Assembly (NCBI RefSeq): GCF_037042905.1
Contig: NC_087245.1
Location: 8,806,001 to 8,870,000, forward strand
Direction: 5' to 3'
Length of the DNA: 64,000 nt
Source of the DNA: Lytechinus pictus
Taxonomy: Eukaryota
Within the stretch, counting starts at the first letter, position 1. Each line of letters starts with the position of its first letter. The notes beneath the pieces are model-generated. The model ran no database searches. It was not told the origin of the DNA and was given only the letters and a program-made list of their open reading frames with translations. A program made the translations under genes and the position numbers. Positions 1 through 12,959 of this stretch are shown piece by piece.

Positions 1-521
1 ACTGGCATTCTCCTTGCTCATCATTCACTAACAACAAATGTAATTCACACATATTGATATCATAGGCTCGGGTTTCAATTAGGAGCATGCACTTTATCAC
101 GTTTTAGGCTTGAAGTATTATAACACAATCCTGTCACACGTATACAAGTATATAATGTTGTCTACCTGTCTCCAGCACTGAGACGTCCTATAGATATGAA
201 ACCATTGGGTAAAGTCAAGTAATTTTTCAAAAGCACATCCTCCATGAAAGCTTTCCAACAATGTAGAGTACGTGTAAGCGTTCAAATGAAGAAACAAATA
301 TGTTGTGTTTATTCACCATCTAATTGACTTTTTGCAACTATTTCCTCAAGTTCTTTCAAAGAATGTTACATGTATATAAAAAAAAACCAAGGCTGTGATA
401 ACAAGGTGGTTGGATTTAGGTATTGCTTAAGTATTAAAAATCTGAGATGAATTGGAGCAGTCTATAAAACAAAGAAGAGTTGATGATATAGTCATACAGC
501 AAAGTATTCCAGCCCTGACAT

Positions 522-720
522 ATCAATTCAATTCAATTTCAATTCAATTCAATTCAATTCAATTCAATTCAATTCAAAATTTATTTCAATCAATCAATCA
601 TAAAAATACAGGTATATACAAATTAGGTAAAAACATGGGATTGGGAGCCCCTAGAAGTTTTCATTAAAAAAACTTGTGAGTGGGGCACCACCATGGTACA
701 ATCAAATACAAATTAATATA
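522..720 (-). mobile_element. 3' end of a LINE (L2/CR1 group) with (TTGAA)n tail
   Basis: (AATTC)n run at 524-576, next to a stem-loop-like segment (gggagcccc...ggggcacc). This is the usual layout of a LINE 3' UTR read on the minus strand. Confidence 0.5.
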
Positions 721-3329
721 ATATCCCCACCACCTCTCATTTTTTTAAAGGTACAAATGAACCCATTCTAATCTATGGCATCATGAAAACTCATCTTTTT
801 TTATGCTTTATTTTTCAACAGCATTCTTTCTTTCTTACGTGGTATGCACAAACTCCATAGGAAATTCTTTTTTATATTCCTTTGAAAAATGCAAAGAATG
901 TTGCTTGTCGCAAATGCTACTGTAGATATTGGCGCAGATGCCTGGCGAAGGGGAAAATTAGCATCAGAGTCCAGTGTGATGATTAAATTACAGAGCAGCA
1001 ACAATTAGACATCCCCACCGATGTAAGAGACAGAATCTCTGAAGGAGTTGTTGAACCTTTGCAATACCTAGCTAATAGCAACCATTTCAAAGTGGTTTTG
1101 CGAGTTTAAAACATAGAGCTACTCTGGCTGTTTCCAACCTTGTCATGGGCAGAATCTCCACTTTTTTTTATACCCTTACGCTCGAAAGGCTGTAGAGCAG
1201 GACCAGAAATATTAATAGTTGTGCACTCTGTTTTCGCACTCTGAATTATTTTTCTTTTTCATTGATTGGTTTTACAGCTTTATTCAATCTTGAAATTTAA
1301 ACACTCAGTGTCATACTTAATGAGAAGTTTCTTTGAAGTGTTGAAGAGCACAAGTAATTTTCTTTTGTCATAACTATTATATGAATTTTCTGTAACAAAA
1401 ATACAGAGCTGCCTTGTGTCCTCAAATGTCAAATGAATAATCTTCCCATCTATATATACATGGTCGTAGGGTTATGTGTAGGTCAGCAAATCTCTCAAAT
1501 TCGTAGGAGTGAGCAAGTGAACATCTTCATCTTTCACCAAAGTTCCTAATAACTTTCCTTCAATGACGAGGTTCAAGTTTAAAACTTCTCCACTTCTCTA
1601 TCGCTTCTCCACCTGGAGCTCACCTGGGTGAGGAGCTCCTCCCAGAATCAGACTTTACTTGGTTTGGATGCGCTACAGGGTATATACGCTACTTTATTTG
1701 AAAAAGAAAAGAGATTTGTTAGACGGCCTAGGAATTATTATTTTTTAGGAGTTTTTTTTTACATAGGGGCTACCACTGAATATCTTGGGGCTATTTTTGT
1801 TCTTCAAGGCAAGGGGCTACTTATTTTTATTGCACATCAGCAATTTAGCATTCTGAGACTCACTGTGATGCCTAAAAGCTTAAAAAATTATTTCTTATAA
1901 TAATGAAGACTAGGCCAAGACTACCTGAAAGGATATAGATCTACTACCACATCTAACATAAACTCTAGAAATAATAATAATATGAATCAACACTCACCGT
2001 AAGCACATTTGTGGGCTGAGGTATCTTTATGCCACTCAGTATTGTCTATCTTTATATTCATTGTACCCACTGTAAATGGTTCTTTAATGCAACCAAATTT
2101 TTTTTCCGTCCGGCGGATCCTGGTGGTGGCGGGAATGCTCTGCAGGCCCTATGTTACAAAACAGATCCCACCACTACCAAGGCCACATCCAGTACTAAGC
2201 CAATCCAAAACCCATGATATGATTGTTGATCCGTTCTGAACTGTCTATTGTTTTTCTTTGTTCCGTTCTCAGTACTTTTAGTAGTAGTCTGAGAGACCTC
2301 TGGTTCTGGCTGTTTGGTCGAGCCAGGTCGGATGAAGTACTTTTTTATCTCGGACGATGAATCACACATACTATCACAATCAGATTCACAGCAGTTTGTT
2401 CATACATGCATATTTAGGATGCACATGGTCTCGCTACAAGCTGGCACAATCTACTTCTGCATTGTGCATTTATTTACAATCGCGAAGCTTCCAGTTTTAC
2501 GAAAGGCCTTTAATATGTGCCATCAGATCATCCATTGAAGTGATACTGATAGCAAAGGGTGAGCTGCTTGCTTTGCTGCTGATGGAACATAATTGAAAAT
2601 GATGTGAACTTGATGTGCAATATTGTTTTTCATCGTTGGCAATAATTTATTTGGGCAATTCTGAATTAAATAGTTGCCCCAAAACTTTAGGTTTTGAGAA
2701 TTTTTAGGGGCGATTTGGGTTGTCATGAGGGTGATATTGCCAGTAGCCCCCAAGCATTTCCGACGCTGTTGTAGAAATAAAAACTTTTCATTTTTTTTTG
2801 TTAATAATACTGTTATCTCCTTCTGAGAATAATTGCTCTTTTGTTCATGGAAGTTGACATCTTTGTTGCTGTCGTCATGCTTGTGTTGTTGGAATGCCAT
2901 TATTCAAGTTTCATTTCTGCCTTCTGCACTTGTCATCATGCACTCTCGCCTTAAGAAGTAGCCTCCCAACATATCTTTGATGATGCAAAAATTCTGTACT
3001 TAAGAAGCAACAAATTGTTCACATCACCAGCACTGCAATTGATAAGTGTCAACCATTGGAATCAATTTTTTGTTGTTGAAATTAATTAAAATGATATTAT
3101 GGACGATATTTAGTCATAAAAAAGGTAGTAAGATATTGATAAACAATTCAACATTTTTTAAAAGTGCACTACTGAGATGGTTTCCATACTCCTATGCCTG
3201 GAGTGAAATTAAAAAAAAAAAGGGAAAAAATTATTTGGTAAAAAGCATTTAAAACAACACCCTCTTTGTAAAGGTATCTTTAACATCTGTTAAAATTTTG
3301 TGTTGACAAGACTTTATTGCCAAGACCTG

Positions 3330-3505
3330 GGGAGCGTTTCATGAAAGGACTTGTCACAGGTTTTATCCGACAAGTCCTGTTATATCCAAAGTGGTTTTAT
3401 CCATTAGTTATCATACGAACTACATTTTACAGCCAATCAAAATCAAGGAAAGTTGTCGGATCTGGCAACTTGTCAGATGAAAATGTTGGTTGATGAAATG
3501 CTCCC
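3330..3505. mobile_element. Harbinger-like MITE
   Basis: TIR GGGAGCGTTTCAT...ATGAAATGCTCCC; flanks CTG/TTG, read as an imperfect 3-bp TSD. Confidence 0.65.
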
Positions 3506-4547
3506 TTGAAGGGCCTACAAGCTTGTTCTGAAAAAGCCCAGTTATGATTAAAGGATTCTTTACTCCTTTGTTCTTACTGAAAAAAAAATTGTATTGTGTC
3601 ATTTAAAGCTAAAAAGCTAATTCAGTGCTTGTTGCAGCATTACCACCTGTGCCCTATCAGTGGTTCAAACACTTCCATTGCAATCAAAAGCCACTTTCGG
3701 TACCTTGCCAGCACTCTCCCATAGATGCTTTTTACTTTTTTCCCCTTATCATACTGTAATACTGCCTACAATCTCCCCTTTCTTCTTTACCACATAATAA
3801 TTAATATCAAATAATTATGTCATCAGAGTGGATTTACTTTTTTTGTGGGAGGGAGTTGGGGGCTGGTTGCCGACATCTTTCCTAAATTCCACTTTTGTTC
3901 ATTCTATTTGTCCGTTGTCAATGTTTGCTAACCAAATTCCCTTGATTCTCTGGGTAACTTATTAATTAAAAAGAAATATGTATTTGACTATTTCAGGAAT
4001 ATCTTAATTTTCTTATTTTTTATTATTTATTTTATTATTATTATTATTATTATTTTTTTTTTTTGGGAGGGGCTCACTTGCAAACGATCTTAAAATGTAG
4101 GTAATGACAGCCCTCAAATTTATTGACTCACTATGCCATATTGATCCTATGAACACATTTTTTCATCATGCTATTAGTTGCCCAATCTTGTGTACATTTT
4201 CATTGTGATATATTTATATAACTTGAGTGTAATTTGGTGTTGGAAATTGAATAGAATTAACCCAAAGTTAATTTCTTGAAAATCCAAGATACATGGATTT
4301 GCATTTAGGAAATAAATGTACAGACTCTTTTAATTTCCATGTTTGTTATACTATTGTTCTGTTTTAATGTTTCTTATGAATGTACAATATTTGTATTGTT
4401 CAGATTGATTTTAATTCTATCTCCATTCTCCTATGACAGCGTGCAAGTAAGGTTTGGGTGAATTGCTCTAGGCTTGGGCTCTACCACAATGGATATTCTT
4501 ATGATCATCTGACATTATACAAAACAAGTTTAAGTTTACAGAATTCA

Positions 4548-4845
4548 ACGGTAAATAGTGATTTGGTCTATACCTGTTTTTTCATTTGATCTCTCATGCT
4601 ATATTTGTTTCCTCTTATGTCCACTTGGTCTCACACCACTTTTGATTATCAACATCATTTTCATTTGACACAGTGCAACATATTATATATTGAAGTGAAA
4701 ATTAGCCATGAGATCAAGTGATGTGATGTTGTACCAAATGATTATGAAGACCAAATTGATAGTAGTAGTGGGTTAAAGTTATGATGGTGTTAAATGGTCT
4801 GAGGATGATTTGCTACTAGACCAAGTGGATACAAACCACTTTTAC
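4548..4845. repeat. Degenerate MITE with inverted ~15-bp subrepeats (related to 8935-9347)
   Basis: ttggtct motifs on the left, agaccaa motifs on the right. Confidence 0.35.
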
Positions 4846-4976
4846 CACTTTGCTTGATATATCACCCAAGTATATGAAAGTAAACCACTAGGCTGTCACC
4901 CATAACTGGTAAGAATTAAGCCAACAATTCCCCTGGAAGGAATCAAAATCACCGGCAAGATTGTACAAGATCATGT

Positions 4977-5134
4977 GGTGGTTGTTTCATAAAGCTGTTT
5001 GCAAGTTATGAATGGCTTAACGCATGACTGGTGACCATTTCTTGTACTAAATTATATTTTCCTATGTAACTTAGTACTAAAGAACATGTGCCAGTCTTGC
5101 GTAAAGCCATGAGTAACTCTATGAAACACCCACC
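4977..5134. mobile_element. Palindromic Harbinger-like MITE (same family as 18293-18487)
   Basis: TIR GGTGGTTGTTTCATA...TATGAAACACCCACC. Confidence 0.65.
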
Positions 5135-5678
5135 CATTCTTATAGGGAATATTAATAACAAACAGAAATGTCTTTGAAAGAACAATTTTGTTTAAAAAAA
5201 AATCATAGGCCTATTCCTTGAAAATTGATTTGTAACGGATCGGGCTTGCAGAATGCAGAAAAAAGGTTGAATATTAACCCAATGAAGACTGAGCCCAAGG
5301 TCTGTTGTAAATGCACCAAATAATCAGCCAATCTCCAGTGGGTTAAATGTTTATATTTTTTTGCTCTTTGTAATATCCTTTAAACAATTTATCTTAATTG
5401 AAAATATGTTCATGTATGAATATGCAATGTATGTTGAAAAAGTTAAGCATTTTAAATTGTCTTTTAGGAAAGAGGCTTACCACCAACGGAATGCTAAAAT
5501 TCAAGGTTTTGTTGATAAAATTATATGTGCAGTTATACATTTTACTCCTATTTCCTGCAAATTGTAGTGTTTATTATTACTGAATTATTGTTCTTTTTTT
5601 ACAAAACCTATTCCCAAGTAATTTTCCCTTCATTATTTATATTTTTTAAAATATTCATCTTGATTTAATATATGAATA

Positions 5679-5793
5679 ATGATGGCTGTGGCATCTTAAT
5701 GTAGGATATACCTGACGGGGAGATGGTGTCCTGTGAATGATGAGCCTACGGGGCATTGTCCCTTAAATTGTAGGAGAACGGCATGCCCTATCA
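5679..5793. repeat. Dispersed ~115-nt putatively structured repeat, copy 1
   Basis: Aligns to 8309-8420: shares GGGAGATGGTGnCCTGTGAAT and CGGGGCnTTGTCCCTTAAATTGTnGGnGAACGGCAnGCCC. Confidence 0.6.
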
Positions 5794-6471
5794 GGTAGAT
5801 TTTTAAAATAATTATAATTGTGTAGGTCTTAGAATAGGGCTGTGTGAATTACATGACCATCAGTGATCATATTTTATTTCATGTAGACCTACATATTGTG
5901 CATACTATGATGTTCAATTCTTAATGCACCTCTCGCCCTCTGTGTGGAGTCAGTTTTGTTGATATGTCTACCACATTGAGAAGTACCACTTTTGAGACAT
6001 GTAGTAATGTACATGTAGGAACTCATATTTATGTAACTTTGGTAATTTGCAACAGTATTTTTATTTTATTCATTTTTAAAAATTTTACCAAAAGGCCCAT
6101 TTTAGTTAATATGAATTCCTACTTGTTGCATCCCTGAACAGCAAGGTGCCATTTCAGGCTTATAATTATTGTAACTGTCATTATGTAAACTACCTTGGAA
6201 ACCTTGATATAGCTTTGTTTGATGATTCCTGCTACTGTGGTAGTTACTATGAAATTTAGTTAAGTTACTTATCGTAAGTCCTTTTTGTGAAATTAGCCCA
6301 AGAACTTGTTAAAAAAAGTTTGTTATTAAGTATAATTATTTTATTGTAACAATAATCATAACAGAAAGCAGGAAATCAATGCTCTCTTCTGACTTAAAGT
6401 GTACTTAGGTTTGACTTTTTACAAGTGTTTTTTTTTTTTTAAACTAGTGCCCATATGTATCTTTTCTGCAG

Positions 6472-6493
6472 GGACCTTTGAAATCAGAAATAG
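6472..6493 (+). other. Candidate 22-nt micro-exon
   Basis: cttttctgcag|GGACCTTTGAAATCAGAAATAG|gtaaga: near-consensus acceptor and donor. Confidence 0.3.
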
Positions 6494-6843
6494 GTAAGAA
6501 ATTCAGTGTTCAAAAACTGTAAATTATCCAGTTTACAAACTAAATTTCCTTATTTATATACCGGTATTACAAATTGCACATGATTTCAAATTTTTTATCA
6601 ACCAAATATAACTATGGCATTAAGAATACCAAGTAGAATTAGTAAATTTACTTCCTTGACTTCATCACCTTGTTTTGTTATGATGTTTCATTGTACACTG
6701 TATATGGGTATACCCATAGTTATTTTCACTATTGCAATTTGTAATTCCTCAGCTGGAGTTGGCTCGCTATCTTGAAGCAAGAAGCGAAGAATCATAAGAC
6801 CAGGAGTTTGGAAATATATTAGTGTGAATGCAAGAATATCATA

Positions 6844-7117
6844 AGAGGTGTGGCTCAGTGGATTAGTCTTCGGACTTTGAACCACAAAGTCCGGGGTTCA
6901 AATCCCACCGCAGCACTAGCGTCCTTTGGCAAGGCGTTTATCTTCATTTGCCACTCTTTACCCTGGTATAGTAAATGGGTACCCGGTAGGTAGGAGTTCC
7001 TTGAATGCTCGATGCTTCGATCAGGGTAGCCATGCTAAAGCCCGGGTAATAGTATGCAATGCAATGCTAAGGAACATTTTAATTAAACGATATATAAATG
7101 TTGCATATTATTATTAA
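6844..7117 (+). mobile_element. tRNA-derived SINE (SINE2) with Deu/Nin-like central domain
   Basis: Pol III A box TGGCTCAGTGG (6851-6861) and B box GGTTCAAATCC (6895-6905), central tcctttggcaaggc...taaatgggtacc block, (TAT)n tail. Confidence 0.85.
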
Positions 7118-8308
7118 TATTGATCTCCGTGGAGATCAGCTGTACGTCACAGTGTAAAAAGGTTTGAAACTCGACGAAAGAAGTATCGTGATGATATGCG
7201 GGTAGCTAGAAAACTATGTCAACAGATGAATATCAATGACTTGACAGCTAATTTCTTCTGCCCCACGTGCATGAGAAAATTTTTAATCTAGGATTGGCAT
7301 TGACAGCCCTTCCAAGACTCAATCATGCAAGCAGTCATCTTACTCTATTCGAAGGGATTGCTAAGAGATTATTATTACAATGTTTCTTGCAGACAAATTC
7401 AAGGAAGAAAGTTGAAAAGTATTGCATGGTATTGCGTGCATTTCCTTGGTCCTATTGGTTGATATCTAGATAAGTACTTTTTAGTACATAAACTGGTTAG
7501 AAATGTGTGATTCTGTGAATTTCTTAAAATTTCTTTATTTCATTGGTCCATTAGTCTGCAGGAAATTGCAGCAATTACCAAGAGCATCAGTCAGGCATAG
7601 GATGCTGAGCCCTACTACCATGGTAGTTGCCATTATGAGAAAATTACGACAGTTGTAATTTATCTATGAAACAGACCCCTGACCTGTGTGTTTTGCACAC
7701 AAAAATTATACCAAATGGATTGCACAAAATAAACTTCTTGCTCGTAATATCTTCATTAATTTTTATTAATATAGTTCTTTTTTGTAATAATTATGTTTAC
7801 CTAAATATTGCATCAACTGCAGGATTATTATTTTTGTGTACAGTAGGCTATATTGTATAAACTACCAGATTGTTATGAGAGACTGTTTGCATGAATCATT
7901 ATGAATCTTGCGTCAGTATGTTCACTCTGCTGCTCCAACCTTTACCCATCAAACCGTACAGCAGGTACATAACTTCTGGAGATCAGTTCACCTTGTATGA
8001 AGACAACCTGGGCCAAGTAACATTAAGCTTAATGATTGATCATTGGGCTGATTTCGACGATTGATCATACACAATGATTCATGTATTCAATCATAGAAAT
8101 CAACCTCACAATCAAGTGATAAGCTCTATCTTACAGTGCCCTGATCTGCTTTACTTCATCATTCATGTCTTGGAAGTGTAGTAATCAACAATTGAAACTG
8201 AAATCTGCTATCAATAATCTGAATTCATGCTGGTCAAGAAGTCATCACTGGAAGTCTACTTGATTTGGATTTTTCAACAACGAATAAAAAATATGTCAGA
8301 CTTAATAC

Positions 8309-8420
8309 GTGGTGGTCATGTCATAGTGTAGGAATGTCTGGCTGGGAGATGGTGACCTGTGAATTCTGTACCCACGGGGCCTTGTCCCTTAAATTGTGGG
8401 TGAACGGCACGCCCAGTCAT
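8309..8420. repeat. Dispersed ~115-nt putatively structured repeat, copy 2
   Basis: Homologous to 5679-5793. Confidence 0.6.
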
Positions 8421-8934
8421 ACTTTAGCTTTTGCTTTTTTTGTAGGGTGTAGCACATTGTGCCTTGACAAAAGTTTGGGCCATGTTTTGCAGCTTTAATC
8501 CTGAAATAGGCTTCCATTCCTTTCCAATGTTCTATTTTCAGCATGGAAAAAACAACAGTGAATGCAGGCAAGCCACTGTGAAGAAGCTTAGCAGGATTTT
8601 GGCTGAAGGACATGGCCTAGACTTCTGTTTAGGTGCTTTAAATACAGATGCCACTGCCATCGTTTGCTATTAGCCAAGTGCTCTCAATGTTAATGTCATT
8701 TTTGTAAGAATAAAGGGTTCATCATGAATCTATTATACAGGAGTTCATTATCTTGGTTTCTTATTCACATGCAAATCATCGATGGACAAAACGTGTGTAT
8801 TTTTCTTTTTTCTTTTAATTTCTTCTCTGTATGAATATAATCTTTGATTAGATGATAAAGAATGTTATCTATGAAAATATTTCATGGAATAATAGATTCA
8901 GAGCAAAATTGTCTGTAAATACAAGTGGCATTGT

Positions 8935-9347
8935 GGTTTATTTCCAATTCATCTAATGCCAATTCGTTTAATGCCAATTCTTCTAATTGCCAACTTGTCT
9001 ACTATCATTTGGTCTGCTATCAGTTTGTCTACTATCCACATAGTCTAATTGCAAATTCGTCCACTCTCCATTTCGTCTTGTAACCAGTTGGTCCAATAGC
9101 CATTAAGTCCATATACCATTTGGTCTGATAAAGTGTTAATTGTACAAAATGAATGAAAATGAAATGTATATTAGACCAACTGGTTATGAGACGAGATGGC
9201 CATAGACGAAATGGCGATTAGACAAAGTGATGATTGGACCAAATGGTGTTAGATGAAATGTTGATGGACGGAATGGCATTAGACTAAATGAAAGTAGACA
9301 ATGTGGTGAGTGGACGAGTTGGAAATAGAAGAATTGGCAATTTACGG
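8935..9347. mobile_element. Foldback MITE with inverted arrays of ~15-bp subrepeats
   Basis: Left arm has repeats like ccaattcgtctaatg and right arm has cattagacgaaatgg; terminal tccaattc/gaattggc. Confidence 0.7.
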
Positions 9348-9356
9348 GTATTGTTA

Positions 9357-9517
9357 TACCTCAGTCATATTTGCCTTACGGCGGCTGTGTGGCGAGTCGA
9401 TAACAGCTGGCTAACATTTTTGTACCGGCTTTATATAGGTGGCTAGAATAAAAATGAATAAACCGTTTTTTTTCGACTCGCCGTACGGCCGCCGTTGGGT
9501 AAGTATGACTGAGGTGT
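9357..9517. mobile_element. Palindromic MITE (same family as 17259-17408)
   Basis: TIR ACCTCAGTCATA...TATGACTGAGGT; internal inverted GGCGAGTCGA/TCGACTCGCC. Confidence 0.75.
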
Positions 9518-9656
9518 AATTCTTTACATTGCCAACTACATAATTGATATGAGTCATGTAAGGCATTATTCGCAACACTGAGATTTTAATAATTTAAAGA
9601 GGTCTTAATAGAGCCTTTATGAAATTGGATACACCAATGTTTCTATACATGTAAGG

Positions 9657-9882
9657 CAAGGCTTGACCTTTGCACTGGCCTGTGGCAACAATACACAAGT
9701 CAGGCCACCAAAATTCTGTAAAAGCCCATACTTGGCCTGGATGGGCTACCACAGTTTTGATAAATTGTAATGTTTTCTATTGCTTTAGGGCCACCAAATT
9801 TGCTTTGAGGGCCACCAAAAATAAATTTGATGATTTTGGTTGACTGATCGGGCCACCAAGAAAAAAGTTAGTGTGGAGCCTT
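9657..9882. mobile_element. Possible hAT-like MITE with GGGCCACCAA subrepeats
   Basis: Four to five (g)ggccacca motifs; degenerate AGGGCT...AGCCTT ends. Confidence 0.35.
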
Positions 9883-11189
9883 ATGTATGGTATCTCAATT
9901 TTGAGGAGATTTGTCCAGTGTCCAATTCAAATAATTTCAGTAGAATATCGAAGTTCTATGATCATTGCTGCATTGATGGAAGACCACCTTTATCATGACA
10001 TGTCACTTGGAAAGGAGAATGCCCTTTTAGTCGATTAGACATTTTTCGAACCTAGAAATGTTCTTTCCGATTAAGTTTTTTTCTTGATTCGTGTTCCTAT
10101 GGGGTCCTAGAACAAATTCAGCTTGGTTGCCCAAACGGCAACCTTGGGTAACTTTGCTAATTTGCATAAATCCAAAATGGCCGCCAGATACCAACTTAAA
10201 AACTGAACTTGTGAATCCCTTGCAGCAGAATGATGAGGAATACCTCTTTTTATGGGTTTTGGTGTGCAAAGAATCCATTTCTAATATCGATTTTGCTACA
10301 TAAGGTGATCTTCAGGCTAACTCCAAGATGGCCGCCAGATGCCATCTTGAAAAATTAGATTTGAACCCCTTGCACCAGAATGATGAGTAATACCTCTTTT
10401 TATGCGTTTTGGGGTGTGTAGAATCCATTTATGTTATCTATTTTGCAATATAAAGTCATCTTCAGGTTAAATCCAAGATGGCCGCCAGGTGGACGCCATC
10501 TTCAGAAATTAACTTTTGAACCCTTTGCTCCAGAATGATGATCATTACCTCTTTTTAGGGGATTTGGTGTGTGTAGAATCCATTAATTTTATAATTTTAG
10601 ATTATAGGATCATCTTCAGGTTTAATTCAAGATGGCCACGAGATGTCATTTTGGAAACTTGAGCTTTTGAATCACTAATCCCAGAGTACTATATAACAAC
10701 TTATAATAAGGGGTTTAGGTGGTGTTTCTGTAAGTTTTTCTCTTTTTCAAAAGATGGTCTGCTGCAGGGTAAATGGCCTATAACGTATAGTAAGATGGCT
10801 GACAGGCCTAAGCTAAGAAAAATATGACTGAAACCACTTTCCGGACACTGATAGGACCTCTTTGGAAGGGTTCATACAGCGGTGAACACTTCCTCTTGAC
10901 TTTTTGTCGCTCAAAATTTGTTGAACATCTGTCACGAAATTACATATTAATTTTGTACAGCCTTTGAGCAAAAAACAATATATTTCTAATTTGAACAAGT
11001 TCGGGAAGCTAACTTGATCATTCTTAATTCAACTCGCCCCTAGGTATTCAGGGATATCCTTTAAGCTTCCTCACGGTCTTCACTATCCCGATCTAAACAA
11101 GTCTCAAAATCTCTTCCTCGACATCCTCCATCACGACACTTTCGTCATTTCCAGTTTTGACATTGTCATGATTGTGAACGATAGTGCAT

Positions 11190-12260
11190 GGATTGTAGAA
11201 TTCCACTTTACCTGAACTGTAGAATGTCGTACATGACAAATGCTCTTTGTGGCATCCACATATCTCAGTGCTGCATCTCTTACCCTGTGACCTACATCAT
11301 GTACATTGACAGCGAATTACATCAATCGGTTCAGGTGGAGTAGGGACACCTAGAGCAATGACAGCAATGGGGATTTCATCTCGGATCTCCCATCCAAATT
11401 GAGCTATATCCCCGGGCTCATCAAGGGGCTGGTACTGATCTACAGTTATCAAAAGAGCTCGAAGCGCATGCAGCAACAGGTTATTAGATGTTGGAGGTAG
11501 GGCCATTACTTTAGGATTCTTTTTCTTCTTGTTGAAGAGAGAGAAGCGAGCTGACTCCATAGACACGTCTGGTTGATGGCCATACATAGCAAGACAGAAG
11601 GGTTTTGCTGCTTCCATCAGATCTGTGAGAGTGGTCCCTACCTTTCCAAGTATCTTAGCCAAACCTTGACAATCCCTGGCAAGTATAGTGTGTTGAGTGC
11701 ACTTATCTTGCCTTTGATTTCGTGTCGCATCCACTGAGGGCATGAACACCAAGCAATTGCAAACATTTTGGTCCCAGGTCAACACAGATTGTATTGATAT
11801 CCAGTACTGTACCATCGATCTCACCGTTCCATTTGTACCTTGCACTATAGCTCCACCTGATTAACCCAATAGTCAAGCAGGACAAAAATGTCTGTGTCAT
11901 CGCTATAAGCACACAAAGCACCCTCTGACCACAGCTTGCTGCAAGACATAGGAGATCAAGGTGATATCTACCTCATCATGAGCAAACACACCATCAGCAA
12001 GTGTCTCCGTTGTTGTATGCTACCCTAGACCATGGACCTACCATTAGGTCCATGCCTAGATTGATGGTAGGCATACTCAACAAGCTTGCCAGCCTCCGTT
12101 TGTTGTTCTTGCTCCTCATGATATCTCTCGTTGGCAGGTAACTGGTGATGGAGAACTTATGGTCTATGATAACTTCACCAGCTCTTAGTATTATCTCATA
12201 ATCATTGACAGAAATGTCATTGTGCACGTCGAAAAGAGCACTCTTCTTTCTTCCATCTGT
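11190..12260 (-). pseudogene. Academ protein C-terminal relic: XPG/PIN-like nuclease plus Cys-rich zinc finger
   Basis: Motifs across frames: HDEVDITLISY, SDDTDIFV, HALSGCDT, LPPTSNNLLLHALRA, GW, then IRCQC...C...CGC...LSCT; frameshifts and stops present. Confidence 0.8.
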
Positions 12261-12959
12261 ATAGTGACTCAAATGTCCTTGGGAAGGTGAGATGAGATCT
12301 AAGGAAGTGCCACCATGGGGAAATAATGGAAGTGTCGAGATGGAGAATATCAAGGGAGAGGTCTTTGAGCATTGTTTAGATCAGGATGGTAAAGACAACG
12401 AGGAAGAAGATATCCCTGAATACCTTGAGGTCGAGTGGAAATCGAGTAAACTTCTCGAACTTGATCGAACTTATTCGAGAGGAATACTACACACCACTGA
12501 AACATCTTATAGTGAGCTGCTATATATTAGTCTGGGATGAGTGGTCATAAGCTCAAGCTTTCAAAGACAATGTCAATGACAATGATTATATTTCTTTGAC
12601 GGCCCCTCCTGGGGGCATAGAAGAAATATAACAACTTACAACAATGGCAATAATAGGCATAAGAAAAAAAATACCAAGGTAACAAAAAAAAAAAAAGATT
12701 AATAAAAAGAAAGAAAAAAAGAATCAAACATGATGATAATAAACATATGTACAATACAAGAGCAGTAATAGAAATAGAAACGGGCACAAATTAACCCACC
12801 CACTCCCGACATGCCAGAGAGTATCTGGAGACTGGTACCCCACTGAGCATGTGCAGGTGCAATCCAACAAAATCTGAAATCATGCCCTAATACGAGAAAG
12901 TAACCAAGACAGCAACTACACTATAATAAGATATTACAATTTTGACATAATGAATTTAC

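Noticed and set aside
801..1004. ORF as MULE transposase (NILCIFQRNIKK)
   Set aside because: Lacks the CxxH histidine and other catalytic motifs; a HECT-like reading is equally weak.
6844..6915. tRNA gene
   Set aside because: A and B boxes are present, but the acceptor stem is poor and the sequence continues into a SINE body and tail.
10027..10303. ORFs similar to those at 59999-60565
   Set aside because: Similarity comes from the non-coding Academ TIRs.
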